Source: a virus
IMG/VR virus record: IMGVR_UViG_3300045125_000156
Length of the DNA: 50,155 nt
Direction: 5' to 3' (one strand)
A program made the translations under genes and the position numbers. The notes below the pieces were generated by a model. The model searched no databases, was not told the origin of the DNA, and saw only the letters and a program-made list of their open reading frames with translations. Positions 1 to 9,929 of this stretch are shown here, in pieces (the first letter of the stretch is position 1; each line of letters starts with the position of its first letter).

Positions 1-164
1 CAATCGGGGAGGAGCGGCGACTTAGCGGCGCTTCAACGGCGAAGCGGCCCTGACGAAGCCGCGAACTACGAATGGCGCGACACGAGCGCATGTACGACCG
101 CCTGTACGATGATCGTTATTACGACTGGCCGTACAGGCGACGGTACTATTACTGATCACGGCCG

Positions 165-1061
165 TCAAAGGGCGCCCATGTTTCCGCCTTGCAGTTGGGA
201 GCGCAAGGCGTTGAACGCCTTGTCGAAGGAACTGGCCGCCGTGGCCCGGTCCGCGTAGCAGAGGCCATCTGTGCCATTGCGGCTTGCCGCCCGCCATATC
301 GACCCATGCAAGACCGCCGCCGATGGCGCCAATGCCAGCACCGGCGCCAGCGCCAGCGCCTTCGAGGGCGCCGCTAAAGCGTTGCACCTTCCAGGCGCCC
401 CATCAGCCCCGGCCAACCTGCGCTCAGGTTACCCCGCCAAGCGCCGCCCCACCAAGACCGCCCAGCGAGCCCTGCGTATACTTCCGACCATCTGAGGGCT
501 GAGGCCCGGCTGCGCCAGCCAAAAACTTTGGCGACGGTTTGCGATAGCGGCCGTAATGGCGGTCTTCTGCAGCCCGAATACCGCCAAGGTGTGTTGCTCA
601 GCGGCCAACTTGATCTGTACTTCGTCCATGATTCTACCTCTCAGTTCAAACATAGCGGCTTCCTTCCTCGCCTCGGCCGCCGCTTCCGTGTTGGCAACAA
701 ACTGCCGCCCCTCGCGACTACCTTCACGCTTCTTGGCGTTGGTCGCCGATCTTTCACCGGGTGAAAGTTTCTTCCAGGCATCCTTGGGGAGATACCGGGT
801 CGTACCGCCCGGACGCTCGGCGGGCTTGCCGTCCGACGTGGTCCACTCCTGCTTGGTCCACTTCGAGAGCGATTTCTGGGCCTCAGACTTACCGCCCTTG
901 TAGCCGCCGCCACGCTCTTTGTACTTCTGCGCGACGAGCTGCGCCTTGCGGGCAGACCACTGCCCGGGCTTGCCGCCATCGGACCCCGACATCACCTGCG
1001 ACTTGATACGCTCGCGGAGGCCGGGTTTGGTGTAGTTGCCGGAAGAGGATTCGCCTGCCAT
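165..1061 (-). CDS. DUF5872-domain protein with C-terminal K-x-A motifs and glycine-zipper segment (frameshifted; 3' end approximate)
   Basis: ATG at 1061 with GAGG RBS. N-terminus YTKPGLRERIKSQVMSGSDGGKPGQWSARKAQLVAQKY...KWTKQEW...RYLPKDAW...QFVANT matches DUF5872 as I recall it. Continues KEAA/KLAA/QKTA and, across frameshifts, GAGAGAGIGAIGGG. Confidence 0.75.
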
Positions 1062-1068
1062 GGGCGCC

Positions 1069-1802
1069 TCACACGAACGGGAAGTTCGGTTCCTTGTGCG
1101 CGACAACGCGCGCGACGCCCTGCGCTGCCGCAGCAACTTCAGCGCGCGAAGCGGCGACAGCACGAGGTTAAGGTTGCCGATGTACACGTCCGTCCCCGTG
1201 TTGTTGGCGACCTGCACGGCGCTCGACGCGTCCTCACGATAGCCCTCGTCCAGGTTGATCACCGTGAGCGTCCAGGCCGCGCTCACGCTGAGCTTGGCCT
1301 CAAACTGCCGGATCAGGACGTTCCCCGTTTGATCGAGCGTGAAAAGCCCCGCGTTGCCCGCCGGACTGAACGTGTACCGGGAGTTACGAACGACCGTGGG
1401 GTCGATGGCCCCTGTTAGCGTGCCTGCTGTCGCGGCCACGGTGCCCGTGCCGTTGCCGCCGTACGCGGCGGTCACGATATGCCCCGCCCGCTGCACCGCT
1501 GTAGCGACTTGAATCGCCGTGGAGGTGATGGCGCCTGCCGCTTTGCGAAGGACGACGTCGAGCCGCGTGTCTCCGGGGTCAAAGGTCACAATCTCTGCCG
1601 GCGTATCGATGCCGGGGTCGATCATGCGGACTTTGTAGCCGTTAAAGTCTGCGCCCTGCTTGCGCGCCCGGAAAATGACTTCCGAGTTGCCAGCCCCCGT
1701 GGAGAGGGCGGCGCGTCCGATGGCGGTGCCGTCAAAAACGGTCACGCCTCCGACGATCTGTTCAACGACAATGGACGAGGAGGTATCGTAGTCTACGCGC
1801 AT
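1069..1802 (-). CDS. putative virion structural protein (beta-rich, tail-sheath-insert-like segment)
   Basis: ATG 1802 with AAGGAG RBS. T/G/A/V-rich; ITSTAIQVATAV...GGNGTGTVAA resembles insert domains in phage sheath/structural proteins. Its fusion to the DUF5872 gene in the ORF track is probably a frameshift artefact. Confidence 0.5.
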
Positions 1803-1824
1803 GGCTCCTTGAGTATAGCGGAGT

Positions 1825-3364
1825 TCATTTCTCTTCCCAATTCAAACTGACGGCGACCGACGTCGTGTTCGACACCGTGGCCAGAGAGATGGCCAAAACA
1901 TCGCCAGGAGAGAGGCGTAGATCGAGCTCCTTGAGATTTATCATGAGCGCGGCGCCTGTCGAAACGACCGCTGCGGCTGTAAGTGTCCCGCCCGTCGGAG
2001 TGAGGTTTGTCGGCGCCGCGACCTCCATCCCGCTGGTCGTCTGATTGACGTAGCTCCAGTTCATCGTGCCGGTGAGCGTCGGGTTGATGTGAAGCCGCAC
2101 GCGAACAATTCGGTTGCTGGTCTCGACGGCTGCCGTCAAAAACTTCGGCAGCATCTCGCGCATGTTGACGATCCCGCCGAACTCCCCGCGAACGCGCAGC
2201 GCAAAGGCGACGTGTTCCGTTTCCGAGGACGAATACTCGCCGGCGTGGGCAAGGGATTCCGAATCGCCGAAAGAGGGCCGTCGACGAAACCGGCGGCGGA
2301 AGCCCCGGACAGGGTGAGGTTCGTCGTGGACCCGGAGCTCGAAACGAACCAGCCGACGCGCCTCGTGGGGTTGCGTTGGCTCGCGATGGTATTCGCGTTC
2401 GGGTACTGAATGCGGTGAACGACCACAAACTGCCCCGTAGGCGTCATGACCCGAAAGCTGATCGTCCCGGCGCCGAGATACGGGAAGAGCACCTCGTAGA
2501 CGTTGAGCTTCGTCGGGTCAAGCAGCATGCCGCTGGGGTTCATGGGCCCGAGCGAACCGTCCAGGCGGTCGACGTTCCAGGCCGACTTCGGGATGAAGTT
2601 CGTTACGGTGTCGATGGGCGCGCCCGCCTGCACCGTGCTGAAGGTTCCCGTAACGCCGGCGCCGCTCACGGAGAAGGCGCCTCCCGCTGTCGCAGGAATG
2701 GACTGAATGAACGTGACGGCCGCGCCGTTGCTTTGCGGCGAACCGATCCCGGACCACTCCGTAAAGACGCCGCTCTCGGCGATGAGCTCGGCAACGGCTG
2801 TGGTCGAGAGGGCGCCGCTTACCGGAACGATGAAGGCTGTGCCGTTAAGCGTAACGGTGATGTTACCTGCGCCAGAAGACCCAGTCGTGACGGTGAGACG
2901 GGCTATGTGCGCCGCGCCGCCCGTACGTCGCAGAATGCCGAACTGGGCGCCTTCATAGCCAAAAAGAAAACCCTGCGATTCCGTCATGGGGCCTGCGAGC
3001 TGCTCGCTGTTCGGGGCCCCGGCCGTGAACATCGCCGTGAATCGGAAGCGGGAACTCTGCCCGCCCGCGTGGCGCACGAAGCGCTTGGACCAGAGGCGCC
3101 CGTAGGCGTTCGCCGTGGTGCCGGTGCTGACGGTAAAAAGCCCGTTGGCGGCGCCGGCTGCGCCAGAAAGCGTTGTGAGGGTTTCGGTGTCCGTCGACAA
3201 AGACCATACACGGCGTCGAGCTGAAGCCGTGGTATGGACTCCACCGTCAGCACCTCCCCGAACGCGCTGAGCGGCCCTGTGATCTCCGTGTTGGAAGGGC
3301 CGGTGACCAGAGCTGTCGCTACGTCCACCGGATCGAGAATGATGTTGCTGTTGGTATTGGGCAT
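1825..3364 (-). CDS. virion structural / fibre-associated protein (frameshifted)
   Basis: Joined from ORFs 2984-3364, 2136-3401 and 1825-2163. Motifs SAFGE, RFTAMF, FGYEG and WNVDRLDG...SGMLLDPTKLNVYEVLFPYLGAG are typical of a widespread phage/large-virus structural family. Confidence 0.6.
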
Positions 3365-3608
3365 TGGGCTCCCCGATTACAGGATAGCCCTTGCGGCCCA
3401 AAAAAGGAACGTAGTATTACGGATGCGCCGGTCGGGGGTTTTCGCCGCTTCCTCTCGTTTACCGTCATCCGAAGCCGAGCGGCGTCAGGATGCGGACGGC
3501 GCACTTTTCACGGCGTGAAGCCTTACAGGGCGCGACTTGCGGTAGCTTTCCACGCTTTCTTCAGCTCCTGCGCGTCGAGGTATTCCCCCAGCTGCTGGAG
3601 TTTATGCC

Positions 3609-5411
3609 CTAGGTACGCGCCGCCGGTGCCCCCGCTAAACCCCCGCCAGCCGCTCCAGCCAGCGCGCCAAGGCCTGCGCCTTGTAAAGCTCCCATGAGCC
3701 TCTCGTTTTCTTCTGCGTTAATTGCGCCTAGAACCGCTCCCGCGCCGGTCCCGTATAGCGCGCCGGGAATTGCTCCGCTAAGCGCTCCGAGCGCCCCGCC
3801 AGTAAGACGCACCCCCGCCGATTTTTCCGAAAGGGCGTCCACCATGCTGGCGTAGCTTGCCGCGTGTCGATTACCTCCCCCCATAAGCAACGGATTCATC
3901 GCGGTCTTCTCCACCAGCCCGTAATAGGCCAGCGTCGCCTTCTTGGCCATATCCGCCACGGCCTTCGCGGAGCCAGGAGCCGCGCCGACGACGAGGGGCG
4001 CCATGGGGTCTGCGCCGACGACGAACGGAGCGCCACTGCCTACGAGGCTGGGGGCTCGAACCGGCTCACTCGGGAGGAGCGTGCTCGCGTACGGGGCCGC
4101 CTGGGCCGCCTGGGCCGCCGGAGCGCCACTGCCTACGAGGCTGGGGGCTCGAACCGGCTCACTCGGGAGGAGCGTGCTCGCGTACGGGGCCGCCTGGGCC
4201 GCCTGGGCCGCCGGAGCGCCACTGCCTACGAGGCTGGGGGCTCGAACCGGCTCACTCGGGAGGAGCGTGCTCGCGTACGGGGCCGCCTGGGCCGCCTGGG
4301 CCGCCGGAGAGCCAGCAAACGCGTGATACGTTCCGCCGCCGAGAGCCCCGACCCCTGCACCGAGAAGGGCGCCTTTGAGAGCGTCCATCTTGACGTCAGG
4401 GGCGTCGGAGAGAAACGCTCCGCCCAAGCCGCCGCCGACTGCGCCGATTCCGGCGCCGGTAAGCATGCGCTGAGTGAGGGGCGAAAGGGCGATTTTGTAG
4501 GCGGCCGATTTTTGCGTAGGAGCTAGCATTGGGAGCATGGGCGGTTCCTGAAGGGGGTGGTCTGGAAGTGCCTGAAGCGTGGGCGGCGCCGCAGGGGCGC
4601 GCCGAGGCACGATCGGCGACGGCGGCTTCTTCAACATGTAATCGACAGCATTTTGAAAAACGGGGCTGTGTTTGCCCTCGTTTTTTAATTCAAGAAGTCC
4701 CTCACGGGAGAGGCGCGACATATCCCCAAGGTATGTTTCGGCCTGGTGGTAAGTATGGAAATTTTTGTCGGGAATTAGCCCTGCCGCCTCAAACGCGCGC
4801 ATATCCTCGTCAAGGCGTTTAAGGAAACCCCTCGGGGCGGGAGCGTCGGGGTAATTTAGTTTTCGATAATGTTCATAATCAGAGACCTCGTCTGGAATCC
4901 GCGTGGACTTAAGCGTCTGCGCTCGGCCACGAGGAGCTGCTGCCTGAGGAGCTACTGCCTGAGGAGCTGCTGCCTGAGGAGCTACTGCCTGAGGAGCTGC
5001 TGCCTGAGGAGCTACTGCCTGAGGAGCTGCTGCCTGAGGAGCTGCTGCCTGAGGAGCTGCTGCGTGCGGGAGAGAAGTCGGGGCGTTTCGAGGCAACGAC
5101 GCCGCTGCTGCCTGAGGAGCTGCTGCCTGAGGAGCTGCTGCGTGCGGGAGAGAAGTCCGGGCGTTTCGAGGCAACGACGCCGCTGCAGCCGCTTCTTGCG
5201 CAACCTGTTTCGCCTGGGGCGTTCCCTGCAATAGGTGATACCCCCGCCTCCAAGAAGCCCGGCCCCAAGGCCGATAGCGCCGCCGCGTAGTGCGCCGGCT
5301 AACTGTTGCCCCTCGCCCTCCGTGACACCGCCGACCAAAGCGCCGCCGAGCGCCGGCGCCGCCGCCTGCAAGGAGCCTTTGAGCCAAGGGGGATAGAGCT
5401 ACTTTCTTCAC
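3609..5411 (-). CDS. K-x-A motif / glycine-zipper repeat protein, probable head-packaged (internal virion) protein
   Basis: Starts MKKVALSPLAQRLL; internal KSAAYKIALSPLTQRML, EKTA, EKSA; most of these motifs precede GAGIGAVGGGLGG-type hairpins; low-complexity linkers. Confidence 0.65.
   Translation of the reverse strand: MKKVALSPLAQRLLAGGGAGARRRFGRRCHGGRGATVSRRTTRRRYRPWGRASWRRGYHLLQGTPQAKQVAQEAAAAASLPRNARTSLPHAAAPQAAAPQAAAASLPRNAPTSLPHAAAPQAAAPQAAAPQAVAPQAAAPQAVAPQAAAPQAVAPQAAAPRGRAQTLKSTRIPDEVSDYEHYRKLNYPDAPAPRGFLKRLDEDMRAFEAAGLIPDKNFHTYHQAETYLGDMSRLSREGLLELKNEGKHSPVFQNAVDYMLKKPPSPIVPRRAPAAPPTLQALPDHPLQEPPMLPMLAPTQKSAAYKIALSPLTQRMLTGAGIGAVGGGLGGAFLSDAPDVKMDALKGALLGAGVGALGGGTYHAFAGSPAAQAAQAAPYASTLLPSEPVRAPSLVGSGAPAAQAAQAAPYASTLLPSEPVRAPSLVGSGAPAAQAAQAAPYASTLLPSEPVRAPSLVGSGAPFVVGADPMAPLVVGAAPGSAKAVADMAKKATLAYYGLVEKTAMNPLLMGGGNRHAASYASMVDALSEKSAGVRLTGGALGALSGAIPGALYGTGAGAVLGAINAEENERLMGALQGAGLGALAGAAGGGLAGAPAART
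4027..4308. repeat. 3 x 93-bp tandem repeat (31 aa AAQAAQAAPYASTLLPSEPVRAPSLVGSGAP)
   Basis: ggagcgccactgcctacgagg begins at 4027, 4120 and 4213. Confidence 0.95.
4931..5185. repeat. 15-bp tandem repeat (QAAAP/QAVAP) plus a duplicated SLPRNA(P/R)TSLPHAAAP unit
   Basis: gaggagct(g/a)ctgcct repeated about 9 times from 4931, then two copies of a longer unit. Confidence 0.95.
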
Positions 5412-5426
5412 AACGTCGCCTTTCGA

Positions 5427-6070
5427 TTAGAAATGTAGACCGTAGGCCCGCCGCGCGTAAATGTGGGCCAATTTTGCAATCGCGGGGGCCCGTAATCGCG
5501 ACGCCAGGGCTTTGGCTTCTTGATACTGTTTGGCCCGGGCTGTTGCCCGCTCAGCCTGTCGAGCTGCAATCTCGTCGAGATGTTTTTGAAACTCAGCCCG
5601 GCGCTTTTTCGACTTCTTGGCTTCAGCAGCTGCCTCAGTCATTGCGCGGAGGTCTCGTTCAATGCGCTCAGAAATAGCCTTGAGCTCCGGGGGAAGGGGC
5701 GGGGGCGGCTTCTTGGCTTCAGCAGCTGCCTCAGTCATTGCGCGGCGGTCTCGTTCAATGCGCTCAGAAATAGCCTTGAGCTCCGGGAGAAGGGGCGGGG
5801 CGGCTTCGCCCCAGCAGGAGGCGCCGGCGTCTTACCGGGAGTCGGGGCCGAACGAACGGGGCCGCCCAGGCTCGCAGGCCTGTTCGAAAGGTGGTAACCC
5901 CCGCCGGCTAAAAGCCCGGCGCCAAGACCGCCAACACCGCCCATCAAAGCGTAGTTCAGCGCTTCGTTCTCTGGGGCTAAAGCGCCACCCAGCGCTGCCC
6001 CGCTGGCGGTGCCGATCGCCCCGCCCGTAAGCAATCGCGTGGCTAAGGGAGATAACGCGACCTTCTGCAT
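5427..6070 (-). CDS. K-x-A motif / glycine-zipper protein, paralog of 3609-5411 (frameshifted)
   Basis: MQKVALSPLATRLLTGGAIGTASGAALGG...; a 96-bp internal duplication starts at 5613 and 5709. Confidence 0.65.
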
Positions 6071-6102
6071 GTTCCGTAGGATAGGGCCTTCACGGCGTGA
6101 AA

Positions 6103-6173
6103 GCCAAAGAAAACCCCGCGCTTTGGAACGCCCCCAGGACGGGGGCGCGCGGGGACCCAGGACGGGTCAGTAG
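6103..6173 (-). terminator. repeat element A, copy 1 (bulged hairpin + U tract)
   Basis: Near-identical to 8199-8268 and 8636-8706; minus strand ccgcgcgcccccgtcctgggggc...gcgcgg followed by a T-rich tract. Confidence 0.7.
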
Positions 6174-6400
6174 CCGTTTCGGCGGAGGCCATATGCCTTT
6201 TCGAGGCATATGGCGGCTTTGCGGTGGCACTCGGCCACGAAAAGCCGGAATTGGGGGCTCGTCGCCCCCTCCTCCCAGCCGAAATCGACCCAATAGGCGG
6301 ACTTCGCTCTTTCGGCCCACTCTTGGGCCTTTTGCTGGAAGTAACCGGACCCGGGGACCGTCGCGTACAGAGAACCCCGGTTGCTGTACGGATTGTACAT
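6167..6400 (-). CDS. hypothetical early protein
   Basis: ATG follows conserved leader C; the stop TGA lies inside element A. Confidence 0.6.
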   Translation of the reverse strand: MYNPYSNRGSLYATVPGSGYFQQKAQEWAERAKSAYWVDFGWEEGATSPQFRLFVAECHRKAAICLEKAYGLRRNGY

Positions 6401-6410
6401 GATCGTTCCG

Positions 6411-6528
6411 CCAATTTCCTGACCCGGCTGGTCCGGGCCCTTGCGCCGGGGATCAGCGACCGGGTACTACCGGCATTGGTACCCGATATGGGTACACATC
6501 CTTTTACCCGGTAACCTCCCCTGTTTTT
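6411..6528 (-). promoter_or_regulatory. repeated putative early promoter + structured leader C
   Basis: Minus strand AAAACAGGGG..CCGGGTAAAAGGATGTGTACCCATATCGGGTA plus leader; near-identical to 8517-8635. Confidence 0.65.
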
Positions 6529-6585
6529 GACCAGAAAGAAAACCCGCTCTGAAACACCCCCTGACGGGGGGTGGAGCGGGTTTTC
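6529..6585 (-). terminator. repeat element B, copy 1
   Basis: aaacccgctccacccc..gggggtg..gagcgggttttctttc; near-identical to 9358-9413. Confidence 0.7.
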
Positions 6586-6589
6586 TTTC

Positions 6590-7156
6590 AGATCTCGCAC
6601 CGACGCTGCAAGGCCTTGAGGGCCATTTCGCAGCGTCGGTGGGGGATTCTAGTGTTGGCAGGGCCTCTGTGCTGAAGCACATGACCCTGCCAATCCGAGT
6701 TCCACGGTCGATCGATGGCCGCCGGGAACGGCCATCGAGACGATCACACTTCGGCGGTCGCGGACGTAGTTCGCGTACCCGCCGACGCAGTGGTTGAGGG
6801 TGTCACCTCGACCACGAGCTCCGCTGCTGAGCGGAGCAGCCGGATTCCAACAATGGAATCCGGATCGGGCTCCCGCCACCACGGGGAGGCGGGGCGAGGC
6901 GCTCGCGCTGTGCGCGCAGAGCCTCCTCTCTCGCTTTCGCGAACCGCCTTGCGGCGGACTCGAAAGCGGAGTCGACCGAGGTCCGAGTCCCTTGCGGGAG
7001 GTCTTCGGCCTCGATCTCGTCGAGCCGCCAGAGGTAACAAACCTCCTGCGTCTCACCGTGAGGTCCGCGAACCTCACGCGTCCTGCGCAACGCCTCGCGG
7101 CGTTGCGGGTCTCGCTCGACGGCGATAAACCATCGAGCGGCGGGGACGTCCTTCAC
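6590..7156 (-). CDS. PcfJ-like domain protein (frameshifted)
   Basis: Across frames: ELV.EG..LNHCVGGYANYVRDRRSVIVSM...HRSTVEL...QHRG.AN, the PcfJ-like signature. Confidence 0.65.
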
Positions 7157-7164
7157 GGACGCCC

Positions 7165-8138
7165 TCAGTCCCTCCCTGACGAGGAGGAACGCGTGGGCTC
7201 CTTGTGGGCCCCATCACTGAGCCACGCGTGCGCTTCCGCACGCGTGAGCCCCCGTCCCAACTCTACGGGGGTGTACCCCGCGTAGAGCCGCCCCACCAGG
7301 AGGCGTCCCGCACCGCCGGAAAGGCGGGGAACTCCGCCTTGGCGGCGGCCTGGCCCTGAAGGGCCCGCCAGATGGCCGTTGCGGCCGTCTGGCGCCGATC
7401 GGCTCGGGCCGCTATGAGGGCCCGAGCGAGCCGGAGGCTGTCCTGAGACAGTTCCTCCGGTCCCCACGCTGCCGGGGTTACGCCGGCAGCGTGGAGTTCA
7501 GCAGAAGGCCAACCCCGCGTCTCTCGTTCGAGATCCGCGAGGCGCTTCCCCAATCCAACCGGCGCGTTCCCGGTTGGAAGAGACTGCCGCGATACGCGGC
7601 AATGGCGGCCAATGGCCCGAGACGGCCAATGGCCTTGACGGCCGCCGTGCCGACCTCCTCACGGGAGATAGGCACTGGCAAACTGCGCCCCAAGGGCGTG
7701 GCGAGCGCCCACCACCGCCTGGAAGCGGGGGTGAGCGACATGGGTTCCCCGGACGGCGTCGAGCGCCACGCCGAGGAACCGAGCGGTCTTCGCGGGCACC
7801 TTTTGGCGCCACGCCGCGGAAGACCGCGTCGGGGTGGCGTTGTACGCCGACCCGACCGTCAAAGGTCGGGCGGCTACAGCCCCAGTAGCTGGTCCATTCG
7901 GACCAGCTCACCGCCAACTCCCGGGGGGAGAGGCGGTTGAAGCCGACGACCACCAAGCGGCGGTCGTCGGCCCGCAGTCCAACGCGCTTGAGCGCACGCG
8001 GACTCTCCGGACGTATTCGTCCGGAGTGAGGAGGTCGACCGCCCGTGACAGGCGGTCGACCGAGCCGGGAAGGAGGAAGTTTACCCCCCATTCCCGGCTG
8101 GCCGTCTCCAAAAGGAGACGGCCAGAAGGCTTGCACAT
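7165..8138 (-). CDS. two or three hypothetical early proteins (frameshifted; starts at 8138 and 7741)
   Basis: ATG 8138 has an AAGGAGG RBS directly after the promoter repeat; fragments continue to about 7165. Confidence 0.4.
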
Positions 8139-8149
8139 CTAACACCTCC

Positions 8150-8268
8150 TTACCCGATATGGGTACATATCCTTTTACCCGGTTCACCCCCTGTTTTGGC
8201 CAAAGAAAAACCCGCGCTTTGGAACGCCCCAGGACGGGGCGCGCGGGTGACCCAGGACGGGTCAGTAG
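8150..8268 (-). promoter_or_regulatory. element A copy 2 + promoter repeat
   Basis: Same terminator and GGGTAAAAGGATATGTACCCATATCGGGTA promoter block as the other copies. Confidence 0.7.
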
Positions 8269-8507
8269 ATACTTCCGATCCCCTCGGGGCGGGGTCCCCG
8301 CCCACGGAGGTATTGTCGGAACTCCCTTCTCTGGACCTCTCTGGTCCAGAGCCGATACGCGAGGCGGTCCTTCGCCTCGCATGATGAGCAGCATTCGACC
8401 GGGTATACTGCACCCGGTACGTTCGCGCACCGCTGCGCGGCGACGCGGCGAAGCGCCGCAACCGAGAGCCCACGAACCTGCGCTTCAACCATCTCCACGT
8501 GAGTCAT
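8262..8507 (-). CDS. hypothetical Cys-containing early protein
   Basis: Leader C with AGGAG RBS upstream; CCSSC motif; stop inside element A. Confidence 0.6.
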   Translation of the reverse strand: MTHVEMVEAQVRGLSVAALRRVAAQRCANVPGAVYPVECCSSCEAKDRLAYRLWTREVQRREFRQYLRGRGPRPEGIGSIY

Positions 8508-8516
8508 GGCTAGTCC

Positions 8517-8706
8517 ACCAATCTCCTGACCCGGTTGGTTCGGGCCCCTTACGCCGGGGATCAGCGACCGGGTACTACCGGTATTTATACCCGATATGGG
8601 TACATATCCTTATACCCGGTTCACCCCCTGTTTTGGCCAAAAGAAAAACCCGCGCTTTTGGACGCCCCCAGGACGGGGGCGCGCGGGGGACCCAGGACGG
8701 GTCAGT
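8517..8706 (-). promoter_or_regulatory. element A copy 3 + promoter repeat + leader C
   Basis: Complete module: terminator, GGGTATAAGGATATGT promoter, leader. Confidence 0.7.
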
Positions 8707-9128
8707 TGAAGTCGGGGTCCGAGGGCCGGTGAGTGGCGTATCGCCCCTCACGGATGTAGGCCGCGAGGGCCCTCTCTCGGCCTCCATGATCGTTGGCCTC
8801 AGGAGCCCCCGCCCTGGCCAACTCCTCCCTGAGGATTTCTGCCGCCCGGGGGAGGCGCCGATCTGCCAGGCCGGCTCCCCCCGCGCGGCGGCGCGGGCCG
8901 CCCGGAGGAGAAGCCGGGCCTGGCTCGGGAGCGTTTTGACGCTCGCGAGCCAGATTCCGTTCTCTCGGATGGCCTCCGCGTACTCTCTCCCAGGAGAGCG
9001 CGCTCCTGGGGAGAGAGGAAGGGGTAGGCTTCGGAGACACGCCTCCATGTACTCCTCCCGCCCGCAGGCGGAGACCGAGGCGGAGGCAGCCGACCGAAGG
9101 ATCTGGACGACGCTCTTGATCTTCATGA
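8702..9128 (-). CDS. hypothetical early protein (frameshifted)
   Basis: MKIKSVVQILRSAASA... with AAGGAG RBS; the final frame stops in element A. Confidence 0.5.
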
Positions 9129-9319
9129 TGAACTCCTTCAGCGCCAAGACTCCCGGGCGCCATCGGGTTCTATCTGAACTTGTGCTCCGCGCAGACAGAG
9201 CGCGGGCCTCCACGCTTTTCGAGCGTGCATGGAGGTCCTCCAGTTCACCGCTGTGGAGGATTAGCGGTCCCGTTGTTTTGTGAATCGCCACGAGTGACAG
9301 CGATTAGATAGCCTATTAA

Positions 9320-9413
9320 GCTACATAGGCTTATGCCCGGTTTACCCCCTATTTTTTGACCAGAAAGAAAACCCGTTCTGAAACACCCCCTGACGGGGGT
9401 GGAGCGGGGTTTC
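9320..9413 (-). promoter_or_regulatory. element B copy 2 + promoter variant
   Basis: AAAAAATAGGGGGTAAACCGGGCATAAGCCTATGT follows hairpin B. Confidence 0.65.
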
Positions 9414-9685
9414 CTCAGCGTACGGAATCGCCGGGCTTCCCGGTTCGATTCCGTATAGAGACGTGGAAACCGTCTCTCGGGCTCCGGGTCGAACTGCTTC
9501 GACCCAGTTACCGCCTCAAGGAACTCGATCACGAGTCCCTTGAGGGCAGACTGGTCTTCCTCCCGAACCCAGAGGACCCAGGACCGCCGCCCTTCAGCGT
9601 CGGTCCTGAGCCCCGGCGTCGGGTCGAATTCGACCTCGAACGCCGGCGTCGCCGCGATGGCTTCGGCGATCGCGGTCTTGTCCAC
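9414..9685 (-). CDS. hypothetical protein (3' end approximate)
   Basis: MDKTAIAEAIAATPAFEVEFD...; ORF read-through into element B is probably an indel. Confidence 0.45.
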
Positions 9686-9842
9686 CCCCTTTCAGGATGG
9701 ACTGGCGGAGGAGGGTCACGTGCAGACCCTCTTCCACGATGGGGCGCGTCTCCCCATCGTCGATCGCCTGCTGGGCACGTACCAGCAGGTCAAGCTCTTT
9801 GTCTTTGGGGACGAGCTTAGAGTACCCCTTATGCATTAATTG

Positions 9843-9922
9843 CACATGAGCTTTTACCCCGAACTCCCCCTGTTTTCTGACACCAAAAAAAGAATGAACC
9901 AGCCTTCGGCTGTTCTGTTCTC
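9843..9922 (-). promoter_or_regulatory. intrinsic terminator followed by promoter variant
   Basis: Hairpin agaacagaacagccgaaggctggttcattct + T7, then AAAACAGGGGGAGTTCGGGGTAAAAGCTCATGT. Confidence 0.6.
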
Positions 9923-9929
9923 ACGCCGT

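Noticed and set aside
429-1802. 457-aa fusion of a structural protein and DUF5872
   Set aside because: There is an internal RBS+ATG at 1061 and a nearby out-of-frame TGA, and the linker reads as off-frame sequence. It is probably an indel artefact.
4869-5371. Cys-rich (RSCCL)n and Ser-rich (SSSSG)n ORFs
   Set aside because: These are alternative frames of the 15-bp QAAAP repeat within the K-x-A protein.
6103-9413. Integron attC sites or IS/MITE ends for elements A and B
   Set aside because: No integrase or transposase, no attC core sites and no target-site duplications are evident. Hairpin plus U-tract fits terminators better.
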